A DNA stretch of 64,000 nt, from the NCBI RefSeq assembly GCF_000372725.1, contig NW_005201791.1:293380-357379 (forward strand). Reading direction: 5' to 3'. This document shows, piece after piece, positions 47,196 through 59,596 of this stretch (position 1 is the first letter of the stretch; every line of letters starts with the position of its first letter). Position numbers and translations under genes: made by a program. Under the pieces are notes generated by a model, which saw only the letters and a program-made list of their open reading frames with translations, was not told the DNA's origin and did no database searches. The DNA comes from Emiliania huxleyi CCMP1516. Its lineage: Eukaryota.

Positions 47196-47483
47196 GGCGT
47201 CTAGATTTGAGAGAGATTTTGTTGTTGTCGATTTTGTTGTTGTCTAGATTTGTACGGCTATCTTGGGAGGTGCGATTCGAGGGGGATTTTCTTTTTTTGC
47301 GTCACACGATAATCGCACCCCGCCGGCCGAGACGCGGTGCACATGGGACGCGCTTGAGCACTTTGCAACAACTGAGGCCACTCTCTCCGGCCGGCGCGAG
47401 ACTCGTCACTCGAGACAGCGTCGGTCAAAAACGACGCCGACCGCCAGTGGACGAGTGCGAAAACAGACGTAAATGAGTAGTAT

Positions 47484-50477
47484 TCAGCAGGATCGATGTG
47501 GCCCCAAGCTGAGGAGGGACGCACCCATCGTAACTAAGGGGTGGAGCAAGAAGCGGGGGAGCAGGGCCCTCCACCCCCTCTCGCTGTCCGTGGCGCAGCT
47601 TCCGCGCACACCCCGACAATCCCTATCACCCCCCGCTGCACACAACTCGTGTCGCCCCTCCTGCCTGCGCAACGCGGCCAGCTCCTGCGCGTACCAGCGC
47701 GCGGGCGCCGCCACCTTCGAGCGCGCCGGCAGCCGCAGCGCGCGCAACGCCCTCAGCGCCGCGTCGTAACGCGCCGCACCTACACGGTGCCGGTTTCGCC
47801 TTCCGAGGAGCACCGCCGCCTACACTCGCGGCGAACGACGTCACATTCACATTCTGAAGGGACGCCGTGTTGCGTGCCTGTGGCTGTCACTGTGCTCCTC
47901 TCGTGTGCGGTTTCGCGGCCCGGGGCCGTGCGCCTTCTGGATGTCTGTGAAGAGGTCTCTCTTCGCCGGCTGTGCTGCGTCATGCCCCCCCCCCCCCCCC
48001 CTTCCCTCCCGGCCGGTGCGCCGGTGTGCGGGGCGCCTCGTGCAGCCTCGCGTCGTACGCGTTGGAGGCGTCGAGACTCGCGAGCAGGCTGGGCGCCTAG
48101 TCTCGAGGCAATCTCGGGCAGTCTCGGGTAATCTCGGGTAGTCTCGGGTAATCTCGGGCAATCTCGGGTAATCTCGGGTAATCTCGGGTAGTCTCGGGCA
48201 GTCTCCTAGCCGCCAAGCGCGTGCCTCTACGGCGAGCTCCGCGCGGCGCGGGTACCTGGGTGGCAGTCTCGCGGGGGAGTCTCGGGCAATCTCGGGCAAT
48301 CTCGGGCAATCTCGGGCAATCTCGGGTAATCTCGGGTAATCTCGGGTACCTGGGTAGCAGGCAATTCCCCAAATCCGACAACTGGTTTAGTATGGATTTG
48401 TTCAACTGCCAACTGGTGTGTGTGTGTCTCGCGCCTTGCGGAGACCGGAGTGGAAAGGAGGAACCTCTTCCCAAGAGCACCACTCTGGCCACGTTTCCTG
48501 CCGGAAGAGTGGCTGCGTGTGTGGCGCTCTGGGAGTGATGTGTGTGGCACAGATGTGTGTGGGGGTCCGCGGTCGCTGGGATTGAAACTAGGTTGCCTAC
48601 CGGTCTGCGCTACTGGGAGCGCGGCGAGGCGTGCGCGCACCGAGGCAGCACGTTGCCCCTCGCCAGCCGACGCGCCCAGGCGGTGCCGTTGGCGGCGGCG
48701 GCCGGGGATGCGCTGGCGGCGGCCGCAGCCGCCGCGACTCCGGCGGCCGAAGCGCCGGCAAGGTGGCAGAGGGTAACAATGACATCGTCGAGCTGGCGGG
48801 GGGAAGGGGAGGGAAGGGAAACGTCTCCACACACCACAAAGTGCTGGGGCGACGCTCGCGTCTCCACACCCGCGGGCAGGAGCCGGCGAGGCACACTCAA
48901 AATGCAAGGCCCAAGTGCAGCCACGGTGGGTGAGCAGACCTGGTCCGTCGTCCCGACGACGTCGGCGTTGTCCGCCAGAAACGCCTGGCAGCAGGCAGCG
49001 CTGGAGCGGTGGGGTGGCGCACACTGAGCATGCTTCTACCTCCCCCTGCCCCCTGGCCCCGAGGTCCATCCGAGATGTTCTACCGCTGAGAGTCAGACAC
49101 ACACACACACGAGATCAGGCTATGTACTTCCAGCCTGTGCTGTTGAGGAGTGACACCATTTTTCACCCCCCCCCCCCCCCTCCCCCCGAGATCTGGCGAG
49201 GTACTTCCAGCCTGCTGTCAGTGGGAACAGCTGAACGCTGTCGCGCCGAAGCTCGGGTTCCCTCGCCCCCCCCCCACCCCCCCTCCCCGGGGGCAAGGGG
49301 GGACCCCGTGAGAGACGTGGGAGTGCCTCGCCAGCCCGAGATATAGCCGAGATCGTGCGCACACACCTCCGCGAGCCGGAGCCGCCGCGCCAGCTGGCGC
49401 ATGCCGACGCCTAATCTCGGGTCGTCTCGGGTCATCTCGGGTAATCACCGCCCGCGCCAGCTGGCGCACATGCCGACGCCGGAAGCTGCCGCCGCGCCCT
49501 GAGGCAAGGCACTCGCGCCGCCAGCGTGCGGTGATGCGTCGAGTAGCCGCAGCTGCAGGTTTGGAGCCAGCTCCCACAGAAAGGACGGCGCCACGAGCCT
49601 ATAGAGATGCGTACTCACACCTCTCACCCGCGAGAGGCAGCTCGCACGCGGGACGCAGCGACGCGCCCAGCAGGCCTATCAGTGTGCGTGCATGCCATTC
49701 AGCTGTCTCGGGGAGGAGGGCCACCGCCAACCAGGGAGGACAGCGCGGCGAGCCGGGCGGGAAGAAGAAGCGCCGTCCCGAAGCCTCCGTCCCCCGCAGC
49801 CTCCGCGGCCGCGGCGGCCGCCGCCTGCCGCCGCGCCGCCGCCCTGCCCGGGAGTTCGTTGCGCCACGTCTCGGCGGCCGCCTCGCGACGCAGCCTCTCC
49901 TCGCCGCTGAGGCTCTCCGCCTGCGCGCGCGCGACGTCTCCGAGAGAGACGACCGCCTGCGCCCATCGATACGCTTAGGCAATGCGTCCACGCTCGATTT
50001 CTCCGTCTGAGGTTGGCCACAGCGCACTCGCGCCTCCGGCGCGGCGCAGAGTGTGTCGCGAGGCGGGTGGCGGTCACAGAGCAAGCCGACGTGGGTGTGC
50101 CAGCCGCGGAAAAAGTAGTACTGCGAGAGCACCCGCTCGGTCGGGTGGCGGAGGAGCACCACCAGCAGCGGGGTGGCCGGACGGCCTGCACCGTGCGGGA
50201 GCAGGAACGGCGATGAGGAGCGGCCGACGCCGCTGCTGCAGCCGGCGGCGCGTATCGATGGCGAGGCGTCCAGCGCTCCACACCACCAGGCGAGCTTGGA
50301 TAGCCGGCGGTGCGGCTGGTGGCCGAGCGAGAGCAGGGTCTCCACGCTCGTGCCGCCCGTCTTTGGCAGGTGGATCAGGCGGAAGAGGGAGCGCGTGCGA
50401 GCGGCGTCGAGCGCGGTGGCGGGCGGATGACTCCCGTTTGCTAGGTCAGCCTCTCGCCAAGCTCCGCTGACGACCAT
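47484..50477 (-). CDS. Sulfotransferase family-2-like protein, multi-exon
   Basis: 5'-PSB motif LIHLPKTGGTSVE and 3'-PB motif LRHPTERVLSQY. Downstream exons and ends are tentative. Confidence 0.7.
48100..48342 (-). repeat. Two intronic arrays of (CCCGAGATT[A/G])n
   Basis: 10-bp units at ~48100-48205 and 48267-48342. Confidence 0.9.
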
Positions 50478-50548
50478 TGATCCTGTTTCACATACCAAAC
50501 GAGTAGATAGACGCCGACTCGAGGCTGCAAGGTGTTGTGTTCACAGGC

Positions 50549-50595
50549 CTTCTCGAGGTTCTCGAGGTGGATATCCTTTGGCCGCGTTGGGTAGC
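50549..50595. repeat. 47-bp dispersed repeat, copy 2
   Basis: Identical to 26689-26735. Confidence 0.9.
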
Positions 50596-51039
50596 GAGGA
50601 TTGGTGTAACCCGAGCCACGGAGGCGTGTTTTCTGGCGGCCGACCGTCAGTGCACGGAGTTGCCACTTCTCCGACTGCCCCGGCTAGTTCCCGAGGTCGT
50701 CGGGTGTGACCCCTTCGTCCCCCGAGACTTATTGAGCAGAAAATAAGGACGGCAAAAAGGTGCCTGCCTGTCGCCGCCGACAAAGACCAACTACGCGGCG
50801 CAGAGCTGCGCACGACTTCGAGCGGTACAACCGAGACATTGGGTGGTTGGGGGAAACGACAGACTGTGTTTAACTTGCCACTAGGTGGGCAACGAGGGCG
50901 CTGTGTAGGAGCCGTAGAAGAAAGAGACGTACCCAACATCGCCCCATATCTCCCCGTATCTCCCCATATCTCCGCACATGTGACGCCACTGTGCTGCTCG
51001 AGGCGCTGGGCAGTCGTGTGAGGGGCCGCCCCCAAGTGG

Positions 51040-51153
51040 GTATGTATGTATGTAGTATGGTGAAGAACAGCCAGGCTCGGACTGGACACCAACGCGGTAT
51101 GGGTGGACGCTGGACAGATGATGACGGCACCCACGAGCGACACACAGACACAA
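51040..51153 (-). mobile_element. Copy of the dispersed repeat with a (TACA)n tail
   Basis: Reverse complement aligns to 32362-32456, then ATAC(TACA)3. Confidence 0.7.
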
Positions 51154-51747
51154 GTGGGTGACCCCTGGAGGCCCTGGGGATGGGGGGAGACTACCTTCAC
51201 TGCCCAGACCCTCTCTGGTTAGGTCTAAAAGCTCGGCGCCGGACCCCGCCTCGGGAAAACCCAGCCCCGTTCGGGCAGCCCCGCGAGCGCATGGATGGGG
51301 GCGGCCGGCGCGAGCGGAGAACGGCGGGCCGAGATCTCGCTGGTTTTGGCAGGAAACAGCAGGCGCCAAGGGGGGCGTGTGAGCCTCGGTACCCTAGAAA
51401 CACGAAGAGTCTACATAGCATGTAAGAGTATCCGGCCCCCACCGGCCACCGCTCTCCTGCGGCGCGCGCACGCTCGCGCGAGGTGCCGAGGTCTCGCCAC
51501 TTAACGACGCAACAGCCAACACGCAAGCACTATTCTACGAAAGTGGCACTATTTGCTGCGGCTCGGCGGGGCGCCGCCGCACGAGGCGCGCCACCGCGAT
51601 GCGGCGGCGGAGGAGCTGCCACCACCGCCGGAGCGGTCCCGCATCGCAAGGCACGGCTCCCATGCCTGTTAGAACGAGGCGCAAGCTGACCTCACGATGC
51701 TCCCCGGAGCCGGGTAGAGCCACCGCCACCGTGTCAACAACATACTA

Positions 51748-53025
51748 CTAGTGCTCAACCAGGAATTGTCCAATTTGCTGTGGCGACATTTGTGCCTCTT
51801 TGATGCGCTTGATTGACAATATACTGGCGTTTGAACCGTGGAGTGCGTGCACATGCAGATGCCCTTCTCCAAGTGCAGCGGCGGCCCGCTTGCCTGGCTC
51901 AAGTGCAATACTGTGCCCACCCCCAACGCCAGTGAGCACCCCCTCCACTGCCCCAAGAGCCGGCCATACACAAAAGGTGCTAGGTGGGCAGATGGAGAGT
52001 TGAGCGAGGGCGATGCGCGACATCGCCCCCACCGTCGTGTCCTTGTCATGGATTCTGACCCTTGGGCCGTGCATCTTCCTCGGGCCGGTCAGCCCGCTTT
52101 GGAGTGCGGGGAGGAGCACTTCAAGGATGTCGTGGCACTGCTTGCCGTGCTTGCAGTCCATGGCTCGGGTCTCGAGTTTGCTGCTGCACTTCTCAACGAG
52201 CGGTGTTGTGACAATGCCCACCGAACGCGGGGCAAGTGGGCGCAGGTAGCGAAGAAGCACACTCAATGGCACAAACCCAGAATTGAGCGGGCCCCGTGAC
52301 GCATCCATTTCCATAATGTCCCCACAGCGAAAGTGGATGACGGCATCATCGAGGTCATACGTGTACTTCTGCGTCTTTGAGCCGTTGCTTGCCAACACCC
52401 CCTTATTGCAACCGAATAGCGCTCGGCTGCGGCTCGGATCTCGCGACCCCAAACGGCGGCAAATAACGGCCAACCGTAAGTGCAAGCATGCGTGATGATC
52501 GTGCGACATTTGCAGGTTCCTTCTATTTCCCGCATGATCGTGCCGGGGTCACGAGGGACCTCGGGCGGCCAGTTCGGAGAAGCACTTTGAGGCAACCAAC
52601 CGGTGATGTATTTGGGCGTGTCCCGGATGATAGGGCCACACGTCGGCTGCATCTGGAATCCGATGCCATGCAGCAAGGCCAAGGCTCGAAGGGTGAAGTA
52701 TAGTGGCAAATGATTGCCGACAGAATCGGACGTGCAAAACCACGATGGCGCGTCGATGATGAGGACCGGTGCGGGAGAGGAGTTCTTAGCGGCGGCAGCA
52801 GCGGCAGCGGCTTCGCACGCGGCCGATTGAGGCTCGTGGAACTGTTCAGCACACGAATGGTGTATGTGAGATCACACGGAGTGTCTGAGTCTACTTGAGC
52901 TGAGTTGAAGGGCGCACCGAATCTCTTGGGATCTTCACCACCACATCACGTCCCTGAAAGCGCCACTCGGGAAATTGCCCCTTTGCTGCGGCGTGGGCGC
53001 CCGCGAGGGCGAGCAGGAAGAACAT
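51748..53025 (-). CDS. Fucosyltransferase-like (GT11/O-FucT-type GT-B) glycosyltransferase, multi-exon
   Basis: Signal-like MFFLLALAGAHA; SVGNHLPLYFTLRALA; AVIHFRCGD (HxRxGD motif I); PSTFCVWPA (motif III). Confidence 0.55.
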
Positions 53026-53304
53026 GATGCAGCAGCGGACGCGTCTCGCGGCCTCCTCCATGGTAGCGGCTGTACCTGCGAGCGGGAGTAGGCAGGCGGT
53101 AAGGCGAGGCCGCGAGCGGCTGGGTTGATGTCGTCGACGGTTTCTGCCTGCGCACTCGTGTGGTGCGTGTAAGTTCAAGCCTGCATGTGAGTAAGTGCGG
53201 CTGGGCGGAGCGACGCACCGGCAGGGCAGACGTCGACAGAGCGACGAGCAGAGCAACCCGGCGAGATTTTTCAGAGGAATTCTACGAATAAAAGCGCCTC
53301 TCAC

Positions 53305-53650
53305 AGCCACCTCCGCCGCCTCCTCCCTTGCCGCCTCCTCCTCCCTCGCCGCCTCCTCCTCCCTCGCCGCTGCCTCTTCCATCTTTGCCCCCTCCTTAAC
53401 CACCTCCCCCTCCCCCTCCGTTCTCGCCCCTTCCGCCGCCGCTGCCTCCCTTGCAGCCTCCCTTGCCTCCACCTCCCTCGCCGCCACCTCCCTCGCCGCC
53501 AACCCCCTTGCCACCTCCCTTCCTACCCCCTCCCTCGCCACCCCCTCCTCCCCCTCCCTCGCCACCCCCTCCCTCGCCGCCTCCTCCCTCGCCATCCCCC
53601 CCCGCACCTCCCCCTCCCTCGCCACCTCCTCCCTCGCCGTCTCCCCCCTG
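53305..53650. repeat. Pyrimidine-rich degenerate tandem repeat (CCTCCCTCGCCGCCA-like)
   Basis: Read directly; could be a low-complexity coding stretch (PPPSPPP or EAARE). Confidence 0.7.
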
Positions 53651-53867
53651 CCTGCAATAGCCGGCAGCGAAGAAAGAAGCGGCACTGGGGGACTCCGGCC
53701 TGCTCGCTCGTGAAGTCGTCGCGAGCGCTGTCGGTGTCGCAGTCGCCCGACTCGGAGTCGCCAGGCTGGCTGAAGATTCTCCGGTTATACTAACCTGTGA
53801 AGCGTGAACAGCGTCACGAACATGAAAAAAAAACGTGAACCAGCAACCGATCGGGAAAGAGGTCACG

Positions 53868-55496
53868 ATGTATTTGCTGCTTGCACCGCTCGTCTCTGCC
53901 TATCCCCACACTCTCGCGGGCTGTGGCCCGCGAAATATGTACGTCGACCTTGGTGCCTCTTGGTGCAACACGCTCCAACTGCATACGCAACTCGAGGAAG
54001 CTGCGGCGCGGAGCGGACCGTGGATGGTGTTCGCCTTCGAGGCAGCGCCGCTCATCGCGCCGTATCTCGAGAGCTGCGCGGTAGAACTTGCTGCCGGCCG
54101 CCCGATCCCTCCGGCGCCAGTGCCGCCCACCGGCTCGTTGGCACTAGATCATCGCAGAATCGTCACTAGACCCGCAGCGGCCACAGAGTGATTTCATGCC
54201 GCGTACTCGCCATGCGGCAGTCACTCGAGCAGTCACGGATGCGTGGTTGCACTCGAGCCCTTCGCCTTCACCTCGCAGGTTCCACGGCGGACTTCCTCGA
54301 GTATGTGCGCTCCCACGATAAGTTGCGAGTCTGCAGCAAGGAGGGCGTGCGCGCCCCGCGCCGCAGGCCCGCCGGAGGCTCCCCGGCCGACACACCCCGG
54401 CCGTATTCGCTCGTCCAATCCTCGCCCTTCTCGCGCCCCTCTCGCGCCCCTCTTGCGCCCCCCTCTTCCCCGCCGGCCCCGAGAGACTTGGCACGCACCT
54501 TCCGCCCCCGCCCCGCCTCGCCCCCTCCCCAAGGTGGCGCCACATCAAGGAGTGCGTCTTTGCGCTGCCTGAGATGGTGAGAAATATGACCTCACTCTCG
54601 GCAGATCCTGTGCTTGGCAGCCGCGAAACGGTGGACGCCCGGCTTGCGGCGGCAAGGCTCGTTAGATGTCGAACACACTGGAGATTAGGAGCACTGATGA
54701 ATCTCTCACTGTTCTCCCCAGCATATATTCCACACTACTAGGCGGGGCAGTGCCCGGAGCGGCACTCCATTACAGTGATAAACGCCGCCGCCAGCGATGA
54801 AAACGGGACGGCCAGAATGGGTGGTGGCATCGAACAGCTGATGGTCGGAGGCTCAAAGCCACTTTTTGCTGGCCGTGCCCCAGCTGGCCTGTACATGCAC
54901 AACGAGTCCATTGGCGGCGAGGCGCACCGGTCGCGCTGGAACGTCCGCTCGGTCGACATTGTACGGTGGATTGAGCACAACGTGCGGCCGGAGGAGCCCT
55001 TCCATGCTCAACTGCGGACATGGAGTGTGAGGAGAACGCTCACAGGCTTATATGTTAGTTGCATGGGGTTAGGACTTCTTTGTGCTCAAGATGGACGTCG
55101 AGGGCTTTGAGCACAAACTGGTCCCTTCCATGCTGGAGGCGCGCCTGCACTGATGAGTAGCTCACGGGACTTAGGCCTCATGTCTCAGGAAAATAATTTG
55201 GCCTGGCCACCCTGCACCGGCCTGCCAGAATGGAGTCGTGTGCGAGAGGTAAGGGCCTCCGCGATCATCCTCACCACACCCCATCTCAGGCCAATCTCAC
55301 CGGCCTCATCGACGTGTTCGTGTGGGAGTGCCACTACGGGTTCCCTGGCTCGAAGTGCCACTCGCTGTTCGCGCGCGCGGCGTCGGTGCCGGGCTTCCTT
55401 CCCGCGGCAGACCAGAGAATCCATGCAGAAGACTCGCTAGTGGCAGCGTCTGACTCAACCCTCGCTACGACTAGGCGGTCTACACCGAGAGCTTGA
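53868..55496 (+). CDS. FkbM-family (Methyltransf_21) methyltransferase, secretory-type, multi-exon
   Basis: YVDLGA, VFAFEA, INAAAS, VRSVDIVRWI, VLKMDVEGFE, IDVFVWECH. Confidence 0.8.
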
Positions 55497-56788
55497 GCAG
55501 GGGGCACTACGAAAAGAAGCTGTCGCAACAGGGGCAACGATTGTCTGGGGGAGCGCGGCGCGGCTAGGGTGTGTACCTAGGTGCGGGCCCCCGCGCTCTA
55601 GTCGATGGTGCTGGCGGCGACGGGCTTTGCGCCCGACGCGAGGCCGCGCTCGCTTGCACATGCCGCGCGGCGAGGCGGAAACAAGGTTGCGTGTGCGGCG
55701 TCGGCCGATTTGGGGGGGGTGGGGGAGGGGGGGGTCTTTGAACGATTCAACGAAACTTGGCCAGCTATGCGACAACTGCTATATATTCGAAAGAAGAATT
55801 TGTAGAAGAAGAAACGCTCTACCATCCTTGGCGACTAATCGTTTGCGAAAAATAAACCACGCGTCCTCATCCTTGTCACGCGCGGCTATTTCTTGTTTCA
55901 GTCAGAGCACAGAGCAGCTTGGCGTCCTTCTTGTTTCTTTTACATCGCGATTTTTTTCGAGGTCAGACCCATTCATGCCTGCACCTGGCACCACTGTGGA
56001 CGGTCCGTCCGACGTCGGGTAACCGTCGCCGCCGCCCGGTACTCCAGTGGACGCCACTGCCGACGGCGCCGCCGCCGACCCGCCCGCCGCCGACCCTCCC
56101 ACCGAGGAGGTCGACGGAGCTGCAGACCCAGCGATGCAGTCCGAGGCCGCCGCTCCGGCGGCAGAGGCTGACGTCCCGATGGCGCAAGCGCTGAGCGATG
56201 CCGAGCTTTCATCAGATCACGAGCACGAGGAGCAGCCGCTGCTCCATGAGCAGCGGCTTGCGACAGTCAACCAGGAGCAGGCACGGCTTGAGGCGCTGCG
56301 TTGGACCGAGGAAGAGGTGGCTTTGTGGGTGAGTTGGGGGGGTGTGAAGGAGGACTTGATCTAGGCTGGAGATTGCACGTGGAGCACTTGGAGGCGCTAG
56401 AAGGAGTTCGAGGAGGAGCGTGCGGGCTACATGGAGGAGACCTCGTGCGACGAGTCCGAGGACGAGGACGAGGACGAGGGCGACGGCGAGGCACCCGCAC
56501 CCGCACCCGCACCCGCACCCGCACATGCACATGCACCCGCGCAGCGTGCAGGGAAGCGTAAGGCTGCACCGCCTCGAGCACCGCCGACGCGCCCGCCAGA
56601 CAGCAGTGATGACGATGGCCCATCATTGCATGCGCCAGCACCGGCGCGGGCAGGGCGGGGGGCCAAGCCGGCAGCCAAGGGGTCCGCACGGCGCAAGCCG
56701 CCAGCAGCCAAGCCAGCAGCCAAGGCAGTAGCGGCCATGTCGAAGCGTCAGCGACGGAAGTGATCTGTACACACTGCATGAGTATGAA

Positions 56789-56790
<2 letters not shown>

Positions 56791-56860
<70 letters not shown>
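56791..56860. repeat. (GT)n microsatellite
   Basis: Read directly. Confidence 0.95.
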
Positions 56861-56863
<3 letters not shown>

Positions 56864-56974
56864 CTATTGTACGAGATTTGTACATTGCGCTCTAGACGGG
56901 GGCTCTTGGGCAGCAGCTCACAGCCTATCGTTTTTGGTCGGTTTTTGGCGCTAAAAATGCAAAATTTTCTTCGC

Positions 56975-57263
56975 GGGGCTCTGCCCCGCACCCCGCTGGG
57001 GCTGCCAGCCCCAGACCCCAGGCTGGGGCTCCGCCCCAGACCCCGAGTTAGGCGCTGTCGGCGGCCAGAGGCCGAGTTACGTCTGCAGGCAAAAGTCGCT
57101 CGCTGCCGTCTGAGCTCGAAAAAAATCGCGATTTACAGAGAGCAGGCGCACATCGCTTCCAGGGAGGGGGGCGCACTTCTCTCCACACCACATGCTAGGG
57201 GGGGGTCCGACCCCCCCCAGCACCTTCACCACATGCTAGGGGGGGGGTCCCGACCCCCCCAGC
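56975..57263. repeat. Cluster of G/C mini-palindromes
   Basis: Three GGGGCT-n-GCCCC(A/G)-ACCCC units at 56975-57045 and two CACCACATGCTA-Gn-TCC(C)GA-Cn-AGC units at 57187-57263. Confidence 0.75.
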
Positions 57264-57264
57264 C

Positions 57265-57364
57265 NNNNNNNNNNNNNNNNNNNNNNNNNNNNNNNNNNNN
57301 NNNNNNNNNNNNNNNNNNNNNNNNNNNNNNNNNNNNNNNNNNNNNNNNNNNNNNNNNNNNNNNN
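57265..57364. other. Assembly gap (100 N)
   Basis: N run. Confidence 1.
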
Positions 57365-59229
57365 GGGCGGGGGGGTCTAAGAGGGTGATGAGGTGGCCTG
57401 CTGGCATGCCAGGGATGAGGTAGTCCGGGAGCTCGATGCCCGGGAAAGAGGGCTTGAGGTAGCAACGGACGTCGAGGAGGGTGGCGAGGGCCAAGCCAGC
57501 GCCCGCCGAGTCGCCCGCCACCACCACGTTTTCGGCGCCGTAGAGCTACTCACAAGGGCGGCGCGTGTGACGAGACGCCGTTCACAGCGCTCGGCCAAGC
57601 TCAGCTGCTGTGAAGAGCGAGACGCCTCGACGAGCTTCACGTAGGTGCGGACCCAACGGTTGAGCGCCTGCGGGGATGATCCATGGTCGGGCATCAATTA
57701 CTGTGCGCATGGTCCAACGCCGCGGCGAGGGTGGGGGGTGTCGAGTGCGGCGAGGGCTGTGCCTCGGCAAAGAAGAAGCCGCCCTGCTTGCTGCAGAAGC
57801 GAGGCTCGGAGGCGAGCGGGTACTCGCCGATGAGGACGGTCTGGCCGGTCTGCTCCGACAGGAACAGCCCGAAAAAGTAGAGGAAGTCGGCCGACTGGCC
57901 GGCGAACCAGGCGGAGCCGTGCGCCCAGAAGATCACCTTGGAACCCGGCGCTCCCGGCGCGACGTTGGTGTTCGGCGCGAACTCGTTGCCGTCCTTGTCC
58001 TTGAAGCGCGTGTTTGGCGGCGTCGGCAGCTTGCCGCAGACGGTCTCGCCGTTGCAGTTCGTGAAGGACTTTGGGAACGCCCAGTAGCCTCCGCAGTCCC
58101 GGGCGTCGTTCATCTGCTGGTCCGACTCCCCGACCGCCATGTTCGCCGGCATGTACGTGGTATTGGGCGCGAAGCCGGTGCGGCCGCCGAAGAGGCCGCA
58201 GCAGCCCTGCTGGTACGTGACGCAGCAGCGAAACAGGCATGGGATCGAGGTTGCAACGTCTGCGAGCGCCTGTGGGGGAGGGGGAGCACGCGGTAGTAGT
58301 TAGCAGTAGGCAACCTTAGTTCCAAGATCGGACCCCTGTCCACGCCCAAGCGACTGGCAACAGAGGATGGTGAGCCAAGGGTGACAGCTCGGAGCGGTGT
58401 GGCTGCCGCCCGGCCGGCGCACCTCCGCAGTCGAAGCGAGGCCGTTCGGATCGTACTCTTTGGCGCAGCTGCACGGGAAGCCTCCGCCGTACGGGGGCTG
58501 CCACTGAGCGACATTGTCGTACTTGTCTCCAAAGGGGAGCGGGAAGAGCTGGCAACAGCAGCTAAAGAGCTGCATGGAGCAGGGCGACGACTCCGAGTAC
58601 TGAGGCGGCCACCTGTCTGGTGGAAGGTGCGGCCAGGGATATGGGACCGGCTTTGGCCGGAAGAACTTGGCGCAGCACCCTGCCGCCGAATCCTCCGAGC
58701 CAGCGGACGCACCCCGCTGGAGCCAGTATGTGAAGCTCTGTTGGCGTGCCATCGGGCTCACATTGCAGCAGATGCAAGCCACGTCGCAGACACCCTGATC
58801 GCCGTTCTCCCCGAGGCCAGTGCAGGGGAGGCAGGGCGTGCAGCATCCGAGCGGGCAGAACTCCGGATGCCACATGAACCTCCACCCGACGTCGCTGCAG
58901 GCCTGAACGCCGCAGCACATATTGAAGGCGAGAGAGCAGGCGAGGTTGCGCGTCGGGCAGCACATGGGGCACGGGTAGCAAAAGGCGTAGCAGAGGTCGC
59001 GTGGGTACGAGATGAGATCGTTCAACCAGCCGGCGTCCTTGCCGTTGGCGAGGAATTTCTCGTCGTCTAGTTCGTCGAGGTGGAGGTCGCCGAACTTTTT
59101 GATCGGCTCCGGGTTCGGGTCGTAGCCATTGCGTTGCATCACCGCCTGCTGCGGCGCCGCTCCGCGGTGCTCCTCCCTCTTCTGCCGCAAATAGGCCGCG
59201 GTCGGCCGTGGGAGGGCAGGCGCCTCCAT
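57365..59229 (-). CDS. Alpha/beta-hydrolase (HSL-type esterase) with a long Cys-rich N-terminal region; 3' end lost in the gap
   Basis: VIFWAHGSAW, EYPLASE, VVVAGDSAGAGLA; joined to the 58300-59277 Cys-rich ORF by a GT-AG intron (DLGTK|ALADVATS). Confidence 0.75.
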
Positions 59230-59596
59230 TGAGGAGTGAGAGGACCAAGAGGAGGACCAACAGGCACGCCGTGTCATCCTACAACGATGAAGAGGATTTT
59301 GGGAAAGTGTGGGTGGGGGGATTGGATCTTCTTCACCTCCTGTCTAGCGTCCACCCATAACGCGCTGGTGTCCCCGCGGGGCCGCGGCCCGCGCACGCTC
59401 CAGCTAGACCGTTTCCAGCTAGAAGTCATACATCACAGAGCACATCATCACGGGTGTGCCGAGACTGCGACACGCCACCAGCGGCGAGGATTCCGGCCCT
59501 TCTGGAGCCCCACGGGCCGGCGCCGCGCGGGACGACGAACCGAGACGCTCTGCGCGGCACGTTCTTACTCGTCTACCTCCAATTTGCGATCATCCA

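Noticed and set aside
48100..48342. Regular short repeats as a CRISPR array (also 14316, 61682)
   Set aside because: Units are contiguous 10-11-mers with no unique spacers, lie in introns, and there are no cas genes.
55960..56763. Low-complexity Ala/Pro/Glu ORFs as a gene
   Set aside because: Interrupted by stops, no domain recognised; possibly a transposon-derived relic.
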